A DNA stretch of 64,000 nt from assembly GCA_963664395.2 (NCBI GenBank), contig OY761159.2:2496001-2560000 (forward strand). Reading direction: 5' to 3'. The position numbers were made by a program, and so were the translations under genes. This DNA comes from Candidatus Binatia bacterium. GTDB taxonomy: Bacteria > Desulfobacterota > Binatia > Bin18. Shown here one piece after another: positions 9,139 through 18,659 of the stretch (its first letter is position 1; every line of letters begins with the position of its first letter). The notes beneath the pieces were generated by a model. That model worked only from the letters and a program-made list of their open reading frames with translations, made no database searches and was not told the origin of the DNA.

Positions 9139-10617
9139 CTAACGCACAGCCTGGCGCATCAGCCGGTGCCCGGCCAAACGGAGGCCGCGAGCGGCTAAGG
9201 CGATCTGCCAGCCCTCTCGGGTGCCGATTAACTCGGGCTTTTCGTACAGTCCCTTTTTCTCTTCTTGGCGGGTCAGGCGGGAGAATTTTTCATACAGGGG
9301 ATGATCTGTGGAGATAAATGTTTCTTTCCGGTGCAAAATCGGCGGATTGGGTGAATCCTGGTAGTTGCGGTACCGAATCTTGAACGTTTGCAAGGGAACG
9401 ATAAGGGAGCTGGCGAGAGCGGGATGCGGATCGCGCTCGAAGTCCGGGTAGGAGAGATAAGAAACGCGGGGTTTGTCTCTGTGCAGCTTGATAATGTTCG
9501 CGTTTTCGACAACCCCGATATATGCCCGCGCACAGCCTTCAAAGGCGCGCAAGATGGGCGGGAGGTGCGGCAGGGCTGATTCGTGAACGTATAAGGCTTC
9601 GCGCGTCAGTTTCCCAACAGGCGCGGTACGACACGCCTGATCGACCGCAGTACGATCACCGGCGGAGAAAAGGAGATCATCGGCGAGAGAGCAGGCGCGG
9701 CTATAGGACGAGAAAAACGCACGGACATCATGCTGTAAATCGCGGGGTAATTGCGTAAAGCGCGGGCGGCCCTCAAAACGGGAGAGCGCAACATACAGGA
9801 GAATATCCTGCTGACGCTCGGCTCGAATTTTACTCCACTCTTCATCGCCGGTGACGCGCCGGATGACGCCATACGCCCGTTTGAGACTCCCCAACGCCTG
9901 GCAAATGAGTTCCGTCTCCGGCAGCTCAGCGTCTTCCGGTAAGCGCCCGCGGGCCGTCAGAAATCCGATCAGCGGTTCCAAGATGTCTTTGTGTTGTTCA
10001 AACAGGACTTCGCTGAGACGTTGGCGCGGAACCGTAAACTGGCGTCGATACCGAGAGGCGGCAAAGGACTGGCGTTGCTGCGAGTCCCGAAACACATAGA
10101 AAATCCCCGGTCCGGCCGGCACGCTCGGAGTACCGAGAACAGTGTCGATCCACTCGCGTAATTCTTGCTGTTCAAAGAATTTCTGGAATGTCCCCAAGCG
10201 CGTAATACCGCCGTCGGTGTGGGGGGTCAGCGTAGCGAACGCTGTTTCTAGTGTGAGGCGGGCAGAGACAATCAGCACTTTCCGGGTCAACTCCCACGCC
10301 TGCCGGAGGGCTTCGGTGCGCTCGCGGGGGTTTTCGATCACGTTGACTACGTAGCCAAGATTCACAATATCGGCTGGAGTCTGCTCGTTGTCCGGGAAAT
10401 AGGCCGGGTCCCAGCCCTGGCAGGGAATCTGCCGATGTCTGAGATGCAGAATATCCGTTCCCCGCCCGCAGCCATAATCAAAGACGGTTGTCTCTGGGGT
10501 GATAAGGCCAGCCTCAAGGGCGAGCCGGACCGGACGGGAGAGGTCGGTCCGGGTGATTGCGGTGCGATGTCGCTCAATCGTGGGCGCTGCCATCGGCTCG
10601 TCGGCTGCTCGTGCCAT
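9139..10617 (-). CDS. DNA phosphorothioation-associated putative methyltransferase
   Basis: RHRTAITR..LSRPV, VFDYGCGRG.D, GWDP.Y, VNLGYVVNVIE, TFQKFFEQ.EL, SYLSYPDF..DPHPAL, NPPILHRKE. Start uncertain (up to 10713). Confidence 0.85.
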   Translation of the reverse strand: MARAADEPMAAPTIERHRTAITRTDLSRPVRLALEAGLITPETTVFDYGCGRGTDILHLRHRQIPCQGWDPAYFPDNEQTPADIVNLGYVVNVIENPRERTEALRQAWELTRKVLIVSARLTLETAFATLTPHTDGGITRLGTFQKFFEQQELREWIDTVLGTPSVPAGPGIFYVFRDSQQRQSFAASRYRRQFTVPRQRLSEVLFEQHKDILEPLIGFLTARGRLPEDAELPETELICQALGSLKRAYGVIRRVTGDEEWSKIRAERQQDILLYVALSRFEGRPRFTQLPRDLQHDVRAFFSSYSRACSLADDLLFSAGDRTAVDQACRTAPVGKLTREALYVHESALPHLPPILRAFEGCARAYIGVVENANIIKLHRDKPRVSYLSYPDFERDPHPALASSLIVPLQTFKIRYRNYQDSPNPPILHRKETFISTDHPLYEKFSRLTRQEEKKGLYEKPELIGTREGWQIALAARGLRLAGHRLMRQAVR

Positions 10618-10771
10618 GAGTTGCCGAGCAGGGTTCTCCGGTTGGCCACTATAGTCCTGGTTCGGCGTGTGCTCAATATCGACCCGTGTCTCGTTGCCGA
10701 ACCCCTTGCACACTTTCGTCCGGCTTGACTACAATGGCCGACTGAATTGAGGGTAAAAGGAGGAACTCGGA

Positions 10772-11275
10772 ATGGCTAAAGTTGGACAAGTATTTGATGC
10801 GCTGGACGCGGCCCTAGTGCGTACGGATAAGGAAGAGTGGATTCAGAGCGGCGACGGGAATCAGTTCAAGGTGTTGCGGATCAGTAAAGAGACGGGTGCC
10901 TGGAGCGCGCTTATCAAAGCCGACAAGGGCCAGGTGAATCCGCCCCATACGCATTTGGGCGCGGCCGATTTCTACGTCATCTCCGGGGGCTTTGACTATC
11001 GGGGTGGGTCTGCCCGGGCCGGGGATTGGGTCTACGAACCGGCCGGTGCGGTGCACGAAGCAACCTCACATCCTGTTGATACCGTCTATCTGGCCAACGT
11101 CTATGGCCCGGTCGGTTTCCACGATGAGAAGGGCAATATCGCCCATGTGCTTGACTGGCGGGCGATTCAACTGATGGTTGATGAGGACAAAAAGAAGCGG
11201 GCGAAGACGAAGCGGAGTACGAAAAAGCGAGCGACAGCCACCAAAACCACTCGGAGCCGGAGAAAAGCCGCCTAA
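10772..11275 (+). CDS. Cupin (ChrR/dihydroxyacetophenone dioxygenase-like) with basic C-terminal tail
   Basis: PHTHLG...YEPAGAVH cupin His motifs; AGGAGG RBS. Confidence 0.75.
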   Translation: MAKVGQVFDALDAALVRTDKEEWIQSGDGNQFKVLRISKETGAWSALIKADKGQVNPPHTHLGAADFYVISGGFDYRGGSARAGDWVYEPAGAVHEATSHPVDTVYLANVYGPVGFHDEKGNIAHVLDWRAIQLMVDEDKKKRAKTKRSTKKRATATKTTRSRRKAA

Positions 11276-11420
11276 GCAGTAGTGCGCCAGGACCCCTGCT
11301 CACCGCAAAAGTGTGATGAGGTTGCAGAAAAGGGCTACGCCGGGTTTGTGTTGAAATAAAGGGGCGCTGGCAGGTTCTCAAACGAGGTCATTTAATACCT
11401 CGGTTCGGAGCGTCTGCCCC

Positions 11421-12575
11421 TCACTCCGATCCCGATTGTCCCGTGGCTGGGGGCATGTGCACGCCATCAAGATAGACTGCCACGGGTCGGGAAAGCGTCA
11501 GGAGATCGCGTTGAGGATCTGCGTCGAGAATGAGGAAGCTTGCGGCGTGCCCAGGGGCGAGGGTTCCAAGCCCGTCCCCGAAACCCCAAAATTGTGCTGG
11601 TATCGTCGTCCCGGCAGCGAGAATTGCTTGACTATCAAGGCCAGCCTTGCCCAAGAGTTCGAGTTCTTGCGGATTAATCCCGGCAAAGGTCGTATAGCCC
11701 ATGTCGGTCCCGTACAGCACGGTGGCACCGCCTGCTCGCAACCGACGCAGGTTCTCCGCCGGCTCGGCTAAATCGGGGAACGCGGCCAGGGTGGAAATGA
11801 CTGCGCGACCGGACCACGCTTGCACTGTCGTATCGCTGAGGGGTTCGGTTGGTGTATGCGCCAGAACATCAACCCCAGCCACCGCAGCCCGCCGGACATC
11901 AATATCATTGAGCGCATGCGCGACAACGCGCATGCCATATGAATGCGCTTGATCGACAATGGTCTTCATTTCCCGACCGCTTAGAATGGAGGGGTTTTTG
12001 GCCATTGAAAGGGCTCCCCCACCTGTTGCGTCGCCAACTGGTATCTTGATAACTCGAGCCCCTGCTGCATGCAGACGGTCCACTGCTTCTCGGGCAGCCT
12101 GAACGCCACTGATTTCCAATCCGTATCCATCGCTTCCCCAGCTCCGGGTTGGGTACCCGGTTATGGCTGTCACCATCGGGCCAGCAAGAATTGTTTGGAG
12201 CGGCTTAAGATCTTTTGTCAGGAACGAAACCGGAGCGGCCAAATCAACCGCCGCGGCGATCCCACCGCGAGCGAGCTCAGGCGCACTGAAGCGGTAGGCT
12301 AAATGGACGTGGCTGTCGATAAAAGCAGGCGCAAGATAACGACCGTCTGCGTTCACGGTACGGAGGGTATTGCTCGGCGCTGCCGAGGTAATCTCTTCGA
12401 TTCGGCCGGCCCGAACAACCAGCGTTGCTTTCCCGTGGCCCACGATATGCCCGCCGACCAGCGCGAAGGTTGTTGTACTGTCTTCCTGAGGGGATACGCG
12501 CTCGTCAGCCAGGAGCGTGGACGACATCACCAGGGCACTCAACGCAATACATAAGACTGCTGTAGGCATATGCAA
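11421..12575 (-). CDS. Amidohydrolase family protein, likely exported
   Basis: PAFIDSHVH, VVAHA, LAH, YGTD, GTLAPG..A; N-terminal signal-like segment. Confidence 0.8.
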   Translation of the reverse strand: MHMPTAVLCIALSALVMSSTLLADERVSPQEDSTTTFALVGGHIVGHGKATLVVRAGRIEEITSAAPSNTLRTVNADGRYLAPAFIDSHVHLAYRFSAPELARGGIAAAVDLAAPVSFLTKDLKPLQTILAGPMVTAITGYPTRSWGSDGYGLEISGVQAAREAVDRLHAAGARVIKIPVGDATGGGALSMAKNPSILSGREMKTIVDQAHSYGMRVVAHALNDIDVRRAAVAGVDVLAHTPTEPLSDTTVQAWSGRAVISTLAAFPDLAEPAENLRRLRAGGATVLYGTDMGYTTFAGINPQELELLGKAGLDSQAILAAGTTIPAQFWGFGDGLGTLAPGHAASFLILDADPQRDLLTLSRPVAVYLDGVHMPPATGQSGSE

Positions 12576-12664
12576 GAACCTCTGCCTTTCAACAGGACGT
12601 CTGAAGGGAGAAGCGAGAGTACGGAGGGATGTCAGCCTGCATACTCTCGCACAGCCAGCGGCCC

Positions 12665-13447
12665 CTATCTGCGGTCAATGAACACGCGCTCTTTGGCTAT
12701 CCACATGGCTGAGCGTGGAAAATCAATAAAGTGGGACTCATCCTCCACCGCGATCTCCATTGCGCGCTTTGCTTCCGGGATGTTGGCCAGCGTTGCGAGG
12801 TCGGCGCGGCTGAACCAGGCTTCGGCATGGCCGGTGTAGGGTGGGGTGGTTGTCCCACGGCTGGCCCGCAGCTGGTCTTCGAGTTCGTCCGCGTAGTAGT
12901 GGACCTGGAGATAGCGCTGCATGCCCATGCCCTGGGCCACTCCTCGAATAACCGGGCCGTGGTTGGTGCGCCAGTACAGTTGCGCCTGTTCGAGGCTGAG
13001 ACTCTCTGGATGGCGGAGACAAAAGAAAATTTTCACCAAGGGACTATATTCCCGCGCCACCATTTCTTCCGGCGTCGGGTTGACCTGCGGATACTCATAG
13101 TTGAACCACAGGGGCGAGTGGGCCAGATCGATGAAGCGCGCTTCATCCTCGACGAGTTCTTGTGCCGCCGCCTGACCGGCCGCGCTCCCAAAGGTTGAGG
13201 TGAGCGCCGCGCGGTTGGGCCACCACACTTCCGCCACACCGTCATAGGGTTCCTCCATGCCGCCGCGGGCTTCGGCAAGCTGGTCGTTGATAGGATCGTC
13301 CAAGGTGTGCACCTGCACATAGCGCAGGATATTCAGAGCGGTGGAACTCTTTGCCACCAATGGGCCATGCACTTCCCGCCAGTATTGTTGGAATTCGACC
13401 CGTGACATACTGGGCTTGCGACGCAGTACAAAGGTTAAGCGAATCAT
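12665..13447 (-). CDS. Double EthD-domain protein
   Basis: Two repeats of LRR..S..EF..YW...HGP...RY.Q.H...YDG.AE.W...DE..FID. Confidence 0.8.
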   Translation of the reverse strand: MIRLTFVLRRKPSMSRVEFQQYWREVHGPLVAKSSTALNILRYVQVHTLDDPINDQLAEARGGMEEPYDGVAEVWWPNRAALTSTFGSAAGQAAAQELVEDEARFIDLAHSPLWFNYEYPQVNPTPEEMVAREYSPLVKIFFCLRHPESLSLEQAQLYWRTNHGPVIRGVAQGMGMQRYLQVHYYADELEDQLRASRGTTTPPYTGHAEAWFSRADLATLANIPEAKRAMEIAVEDESHFIDFPRSAMWIAKERVFIDRR

Positions 13448-13574
13448 GGGGACCTCCTTTTTGCTCGGTCATGACAGCGGAGCGCTGAGTCTTCCCCGTC
13501 TGTAGTCACCGGGGCCGCCGTTGTCCAACCGTCGTCATAGCGCGTCGGACCGAGGCCGTAAAGCGTTGGACGAC

Positions 13575-14840
13575 TCAACCCAGCAGGTCTTCATCACTCC
13601 GTATGTATGGGTCTCCCTCTGTACCGACCTCGGCTTGATTATTAGGCAGGCCGTTGCTCACCAGAATTGGCTGGTCGCCGGCTCTATCGAGATCATTGGC
13701 AAGCAGGCGGGCCGTGACCCTATTCTGGCTCGTTTGACTTTTCTCCGTTCCGCCTGCCCCCTGCATCACAATGGCCGGCGACTTCCCAGTGAGAACATTC
13801 CGAGAGAGTGTCGCAACGACCACATTTTCTTTGGTCTTCACGTCGTCCAGGCCGACCCCACCGACCAAACGGATCGCGTTTGTTTTCCAATCTGAAATCT
13901 CGTTCTGATCAATAACGACGCGACAGGTGTTATGCCGGGCCTCTCCCAGTGCCCCGTGGACTGCGATGCCAATCGGGCTGTTGGAGATCCTATTTCTTGA
14001 AATAAAGCCGGTCAGCTGACCGTGTTGAGGCACCTTCTCTGCGAGGGGAATGGCGGTCAGGATATTGATACCAAACTGTTTGTTGCCCCGGAGCGTATTG
14101 TCTGCGACGGTCAGCGCCTGTCGATTGGACGAAGGTCCAAAAGAACACGAAAACAGCAGGCCGCCCCGTTCACAATCTTCAATCGTATTGCGGAGGATGG
14201 TTGCATCAAAGGATACCGCGTCCTGTTCGGGGAAGAAACAGATGAAGGCGAGCCCATCGGCAAAGCAGCGGCGCATGATATTGTCGGTAATAGAGAGATG
14301 GTTGCGTTGTCCGAACCGGGCTTCCGCAAAAATATGATGGCCTTGGCGCGCGCCCGTTCCACGTGGCAAGCCTGGCTCAAACCGTTCCAGTCCATTGTCT
14401 GAAAAATCACAGTCTGTTATTACTGCGTCGGTCACGCCGCATAAGAAAATCCCGTGATCTCCGTGTTCACTGATTGTGCACGATCGGATCGTGACCGAGG
14501 CGGACGGGGGAACACCAATGCCGTGTCCTCCGCCCTTCGTTACGGTCACTCCGCCGAGACTTGCCCCATCTTTGAGGACGACAACCGACTGATCTGGCCA
14601 GATAGGATGAAAGGAAGGGGAGAAGTACCCTTCTCCGTCAATAATGCACTCCTCTCTATCAGCGCCTTGGACACGGATGCCAGGCGGAAGAGTTAACGGG
14701 AAGCGTTCCCCGGTCAGAGACGGAGAGTAATGTCCTGGCCCAACAAGGACAACATCGTTCGGCTGTGCCTGTTGGAGTGCATCTGAGAGTGAGCGCGTAT
14801 CAGCACAAGCATCGTGAGGTGAGACAAAAATCGTCTTCAT
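13575..14840 (-). CDS. Right-handed beta-helix protein (DUF1565-like N-terminus)
   Basis: SLSDALQQAQPNDVVLVGPGHY...GERFPL..PPGI...G followed by parallel beta-helix repeats. Confidence 0.7.
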   Translation of the reverse strand: MKTIFVSPHDACADTRSLSDALQQAQPNDVVLVGPGHYSPSLTGERFPLTLPPGIRVQGADREECIIDGEGYFSPSFHPIWPDQSVVVLKDGASLGGVTVTKGGGHGIGVPPSASVTIRSCTISEHGDHGIFLCGVTDAVITDCDFSDNGLERFEPGLPRGTGARQGHHIFAEARFGQRNHLSITDNIMRRCFADGLAFICFFPEQDAVSFDATILRNTIEDCERGGLLFSCSFGPSSNRQALTVADNTLRGNKQFGINILTAIPLAEKVPQHGQLTGFISRNRISNSPIGIAVHGALGEARHNTCRVVIDQNEISDWKTNAIRLVGGVGLDDVKTKENVVVATLSRNVLTGKSPAIVMQGAGGTEKSQTSQNRVTARLLANDLDRAGDQPILVSNGLPNNQAEVGTEGDPYIRSDEDLLG

Positions 14841-14909
14841 AGTCTTCCTCTGAATCTGTATACTAAATCCAAAAAACCGCTAAGTACCTATAAAAGCTAG
14901 GGAAAGGTC

Positions 14910-14940
14910 AAAAAAAGGCCCGGATGCTTGCATCCGGGCC
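14910..14940 (-). terminator. Rho-independent terminator, minus strand
   Basis: Read on the minus strand: GGCCCGGATGC-AA-GCATCCGGGCC followed by a T-run. Confidence 0.75.
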
Positions 14941-15202
14941 TAGGGCTCAAGACGACGGGGTTCCCACACTCCAGGCGTCTCTACGTACCCAGCAGCCTAG
15001 CGAACTCCCCCCCCAGGGTCAATACCTGAGGCATCACAAAAAGCGCTATTTCTGTCAAATTTTGAAAGAACTGTTGAAGGAATTTAGAACATTCTGTTAT
15101 TTTGGAATTCTTATTTTTAGCAACACCATTTTAAGTTGACGAACCCCTTGTTCCCAAAGGACTTTTTTTTGAAAAAACTTTTTCCAAAATGCTATTTGGC
15201 TA

Positions 15203-15231
15203 TTGACGCTTTTTTGCTATTTTGGTAAAAA
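15203..15231 (+). promoter_or_regulatory. Putative sigma70 promoter
   Basis: TTGACG-17 nt-TAAAAA with a TG extension, in an AT-rich intergenic region. Confidence 0.5.
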
Positions 15232-15237
15232 GCTGTT

Positions 15238-15472
15238 TCGGAATGAGCTCCGCCTAGGGTTCACGGTCAGAAATGGGGTTCCCAACCGAGAATGGAAACC
15301 GTTGAAAATGAACGCGAGCGGCGGCTGTGCTTGCCCGGGTTCCCTTTCAACTTTCCACACACACTCTGGACGCGGACGCTACTACGAAGTAGGCAGGATC
15401 GACACAGGAGTTGATCCGCAGGCGAGCAAATTCAAGAGAAGAAAGGCCCTGTGAAGGGCCTTTCTATTTTTC
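15238..15472 (+). ncRNA. Putative structured sRNA/leader of unknown family, ending in a terminator
   Basis: Upstream promoter; internal hairpins (GGATCGAC..GTTGATCC); terminator AGAAAGGCCCT-GTGA-AGGGCCTTTCT-ATTTTT. Confidence 0.4.
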
Positions 15473-15484
15473 AGGTAGAAACCT

Positions 15485-15868
15485 ATGGCAACTGACCCGA
15501 CCGAAAAGGTTCCCAAGATAAAGGTCTCCAGCGCCTATCCAGGCGAATGGTATATTGTTGAGGTGGATGGCGGCGATGGTGGTTTATCTATGGAGCTGCG
15601 TCGTCCCGTTGGCGAGGAAGACTCGGATGTCTTCCACCTCAATATTACAACAACGGCGCGCCCCTTTGATGTCAAAAGCACACGTAATGGTGGAGAGACG
15701 CATACACACGAAGGCGCCCATGCTACCCAATTGACGTTTACCAGTCCCCAAGCGGTCTGGCCGGACTTCGTCCGTTGTATCCAGGCCCTCGCCAGCGTGT
15801 TTGACACGCTGGCAACCATACCGCTTGATCGTGAAAAGGTCCGCGAAAATCTTCTGAAGAAGAAATGA
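15485..15868 (+). CDS. Hypothetical protein (127 aa)
   Basis: ATG ORF with a plausible protein-like sequence and no recognised motif. Confidence 0.6.
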   Translation: MATDPTEKVPKIKVSSAYPGEWYIVEVDGGDGGLSMELRRPVGEEDSDVFHLNITTTARPFDVKSTRNGGETHTHEGAHATQLTFTSPQAVWPDFVRCIQALASVFDTLATIPLDREKVRENLLKKK

Positions 15869-15896
15869 CAGGCCTGAGCGACGGACCTTCGCCGTC

Positions 15897-17099
15897 CTAC
15901 TCGGCCGCGTAGCCCTTTTGTGTCCGGACCACTACGTCAGGCCGGGTGCTTTCCACGCGGACACTCCGGTACTGATTTCCACCCCCCGAAGACGCATAGC
16001 CGATACTGTATTGGAAGCGCAGCTCACGCGAGATGGTCTGGGTCGCCGTATCAAGCACGGCTTTGCTGCCAACCACGTCCCGGGTATTGAGAAGGAAGTG
16101 GCGCCCGCCTGTTTCATCACTCATCCGCTGAAGCGTTTTTGAATCAACCCGCTCATCTCGCCCACCAACGACAACGCCAAATGGGCCGATGGTGAACCCG
16201 CCTCCACCTTGGGCGTAGCGCCGCTGCGGATTGCCTATCCCAATCGTATAAATAAGAACGCCAGAACGCCGCGAGACGTTAATCGTTTGCGTGAGGGAGG
16301 ACAGGCTGGCGGTATCCATGCCGTCTGTCATCACAATGAGTGCTTTCTTCGGGTGTTTGCCCCGTTTCACCCGCCGCAGGCCGGTGAGAATAGCATCGTA
16401 CAGGGATGTCCCGCCCCGTGGACGGAGTAAGCCGATGCCCTGTGCCAGGAGCATCCGACTGTCAGTGAAGTCTTGCACCAAAAATGGTTGCGCGTTGAAT
16501 CCGGCCAGGAAGACCTCATCCTGGAGCTTAATCGAATGAATAAACCGACGCAGGGCGTGGCCGGCATGCGCAATCTTATTGTGCATACTTGCACTCGAAT
16601 CTACGATGAGGCCCAGACTGACCGGTTCATTCTCGCCATTATTGAAATACGTAATCTCCTGGCGAGTATCGCCTTCATACACCACAAAATCACCGGGTTG
16701 CAGCCCAGGGATATAGCCGCCATTTTGATCCGTCACGGTGACTGTCACGAGTTGCTTGGGACGTGGGCGAATGGGCTGGGGGAGAGACGGAATACGCGCT
16801 TGCTGACTCGGAGGAGGAAGAGAGGGACGTTGGGGTTGGACGGGGATTTCAAGCACCTGCTTGCCGGAGGGACCCGGCCGTTGGGGGGCTGGAGTGATGG
16901 TCCGCTGCTCCGAAGGCGGGGGTTTCTTGCCTTGCCAGCCTTCGGTTTGAAGCGCCCTTTCCTGAATTATATCCTGCGTCACATCCTGCGTCACATCCTG
17001 CGTCACATCCTGGGTAAAAACAGGGGTCACACTCAGGAGGACAAGTCCTATCCCAAGCAAAATGCCAGCGAAAAGGGGGGTCTGGCGCATAATACGCAT
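15897..17099 (-). CDS. Exported VWA-domain protein with Pro-rich linker
   Basis: VTVTDQNG.YIPGL...F...E, MIDAS-like DSSAS, GGTSLYDA, MTDG.D; signal peptide. Confidence 0.85.
   Translation of the reverse strand: MRIMRQTPLFAGILLGIGLVLLSVTPVFTQDVTQDVTQDVTQDIIQERALQTEGWQGKKPPPSEQRTITPAPQRPGPSGKQVLEIPVQPQRPSLPPPSQQARIPSLPQPIRPRPKQLVTVTVTDQNGGYIPGLQPGDFVVYEGDTRQEITYFNNGENEPVSLGLIVDSSASMHNKIAHAGHALRRFIHSIKLQDEVFLAGFNAQPFLVQDFTDSRMLLAQGIGLLRPRGGTSLYDAILTGLRRVKRGKHPKKALIVMTDGMDTASLSSLTQTINVSRRSGVLIYTIGIGNPQRRYAQGGGGFTIGPFGVVVGGRDERVDSKTLQRMSDETGGRHFLLNTRDVVGSKAVLDTATQTISRELRFQYSIGYASSGGGNQYRSVRVESTRPDVVVRTQKGYAAE
16971..17012. repeat. 12-bp tandem repeat x3.5, encoding QDVT
   Basis: (ATCCTGCGTCAC)3 ATCCTG. 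Confidence 0.9.
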
Positions 17100-17255
17100 A
17101 ATAGTCGCCTCTGTGTGCGACCTTAAACTCTTCTCTACACGGGAACAAGAGGGAATTGGGGGAATTGGGTACGTTGCGACCAGAGCGTCGTGAACCAGTC
17201 TCCTTGACCTGGGAAAAGCGAGCGCTTATGACGGTCCGACAGAACGGAGAGAGCT

Positions 17256-17774
17256 ATGATTATTCCGCATCATGGTAGGACTCCTCAGATTGATCCCAGC
17301 GCGTATATCCAGAGGAGCGCTCAGATTATTGGCGATGTTCGGATCGGTCCGGAATCCAGCGTCTGGTTTAATTCGGTCGTCCGCGGCGATGTGTGCCATA
17401 TCCGGCTTGGGGCACGGGTCAATATCCAAGACAATTCCACCATTCACGTCTTTAGTGGCGGAATCCCAACCATCCTCGGCGACGGTGTATCTGTTGCCCA
17501 TAATGTTGTGGTGCATGCGTGTAGCATTGGTGATTTCACTTTAGTCGGCATGGGCGCTATTGTCCTGGATGGGGCTGAAGTGGGGAAAGAATGTCTCGTT
17601 GGCGCAGGGGCGGTCGTCACCCCACGGACGAAGATTCCGCCGCATTCGCTGGTGCTTGGGAACCCAGGCAAGGTGATCCGCTCGCTCACACCCGAGGAAG
17701 TTGAATCGCTCCACCGCTCGGCGAATAATTATGTCAGGTTTTCACGTGAGTATATTGAGCAAGGAATTGAATAG
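17256..17774 (+). CDS. Gamma carbonic anhydrase family (YrdA/CaiE-like)
   Basis: IIGDVRIG..SSVWF..VVRGD, NIQDNSTIH, hexapeptide repeats. Confidence 0.9.
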   Translation: MIIPHHGRTPQIDPSAYIQRSAQIIGDVRIGPESSVWFNSVVRGDVCHIRLGARVNIQDNSTIHVFSGGIPTILGDGVSVAHNVVVHACSIGDFTLVGMGAIVLDGAEVGKECLVGAGAVVTPRTKIPPHSLVLGNPGKVIRSLTPEEVESLHRSANNYVRFSREYIEQGIE

Positions 17775-17852
17775 CGGCCACCGTCCAGGCCACCAAGCAG
17801 AGGATTGGTGGGTCTCTCTGGCAGAGTATTCGGGCAGGCCGGCGACAGGGCG

Positions 17853-18539
17853 TTATAGAAACCCATAACGGGGCTGAGAACGCCGGAGAGGCAGAAGCAA
17901 GAGCGCCCCTGCAACAAAACCGCCAACATGCGCCCACCACGCCACACCGCCTCCCATATGCACTGCCGAGGCGGCCAGGCCATTCACAAATTGGAACAGG
18001 AACCACAGCGCGAGAAAAATGACAGCCGGTACCGAGATGACTTGGAAGAAGAAAAAAATGGGAATGAGGGTCACAACACGGGCATGGGGGAAGAGAACGA
18101 AATAGCCGCCCATGACGCCTGCAATCGCACCGCTCGCGCCAATAACAGGAATGTGAGAGTACGGTCCGGTCAGATAGTGCAAATAAGTCGCAGCCACGCC
18201 GCAGCCAAGGTAGTACGCCAGATAGCGTCCTTTTCCCAAGCGATCTTCAACGTTGTCACCAAAAATCCAAAGAATCCACATATTGCCAATCAGGTGCAAC
18301 CAGCCGCTGTGTACAAACATGGAACTGAACATAGGGCCGAAGCGTGTCGAGAGATTCCACGGCTCAGTTTCAGAGATGGAGAGGTAATGGGCGGGCACAA
18401 AGCCGTACAAGGCGAAAAATCGCTCCAGCCCCGTACCAAGCCCAAGCTCATACAGAAAGACGAGAACATTAAGACCAATACATGTGAGGGTAACAAGTGG
18501 AAGCGATTGGGATGGAATAGTGTCGCGGAGCGGAATCAT
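17853..18539 (-). CDS. Rhomboid intramembrane serine protease
   Basis: MIPLRD start, HSGWLHLIGNM, GASGAIAG, VAWWAHVGGF. Confidence 0.9.
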   Translation of the reverse strand: MIPLRDTIPSQSLPLVTLTCIGLNVLVFLYELGLGTGLERFFALYGFVPAHYLSISETEPWNLSTRFGPMFSSMFVHSGWLHLIGNMWILWIFGDNVEDRLGKGRYLAYYLGCGVAATYLHYLTGPYSHIPVIGASGAIAGVMGGYFVLFPHARVVTLIPIFFFFQVISVPAVIFLALWFLFQFVNGLAASAVHMGGGVAWWAHVGGFVAGALLLLPLRRSQPRYGFL

Positions 18540-18659
18540 AACACCGTCTCTTCCGTCTACAGTGTGCCAGAACGAACGGAAAAGAAAGCCTCCCCTGACG
18601 GGCAGTAATGTGTGACTCTCCCCACTACCGTCCTGTGTACGAGGTGGTAAGGTAACGGC

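Noticed and set aside
14905-15475. 6S RNA, tmRNA, SRP, RNase P or a known riboswitch
   Set aside because: I could not find their hallmark motifs by eye, so it is left as an unknown RNA candidate.
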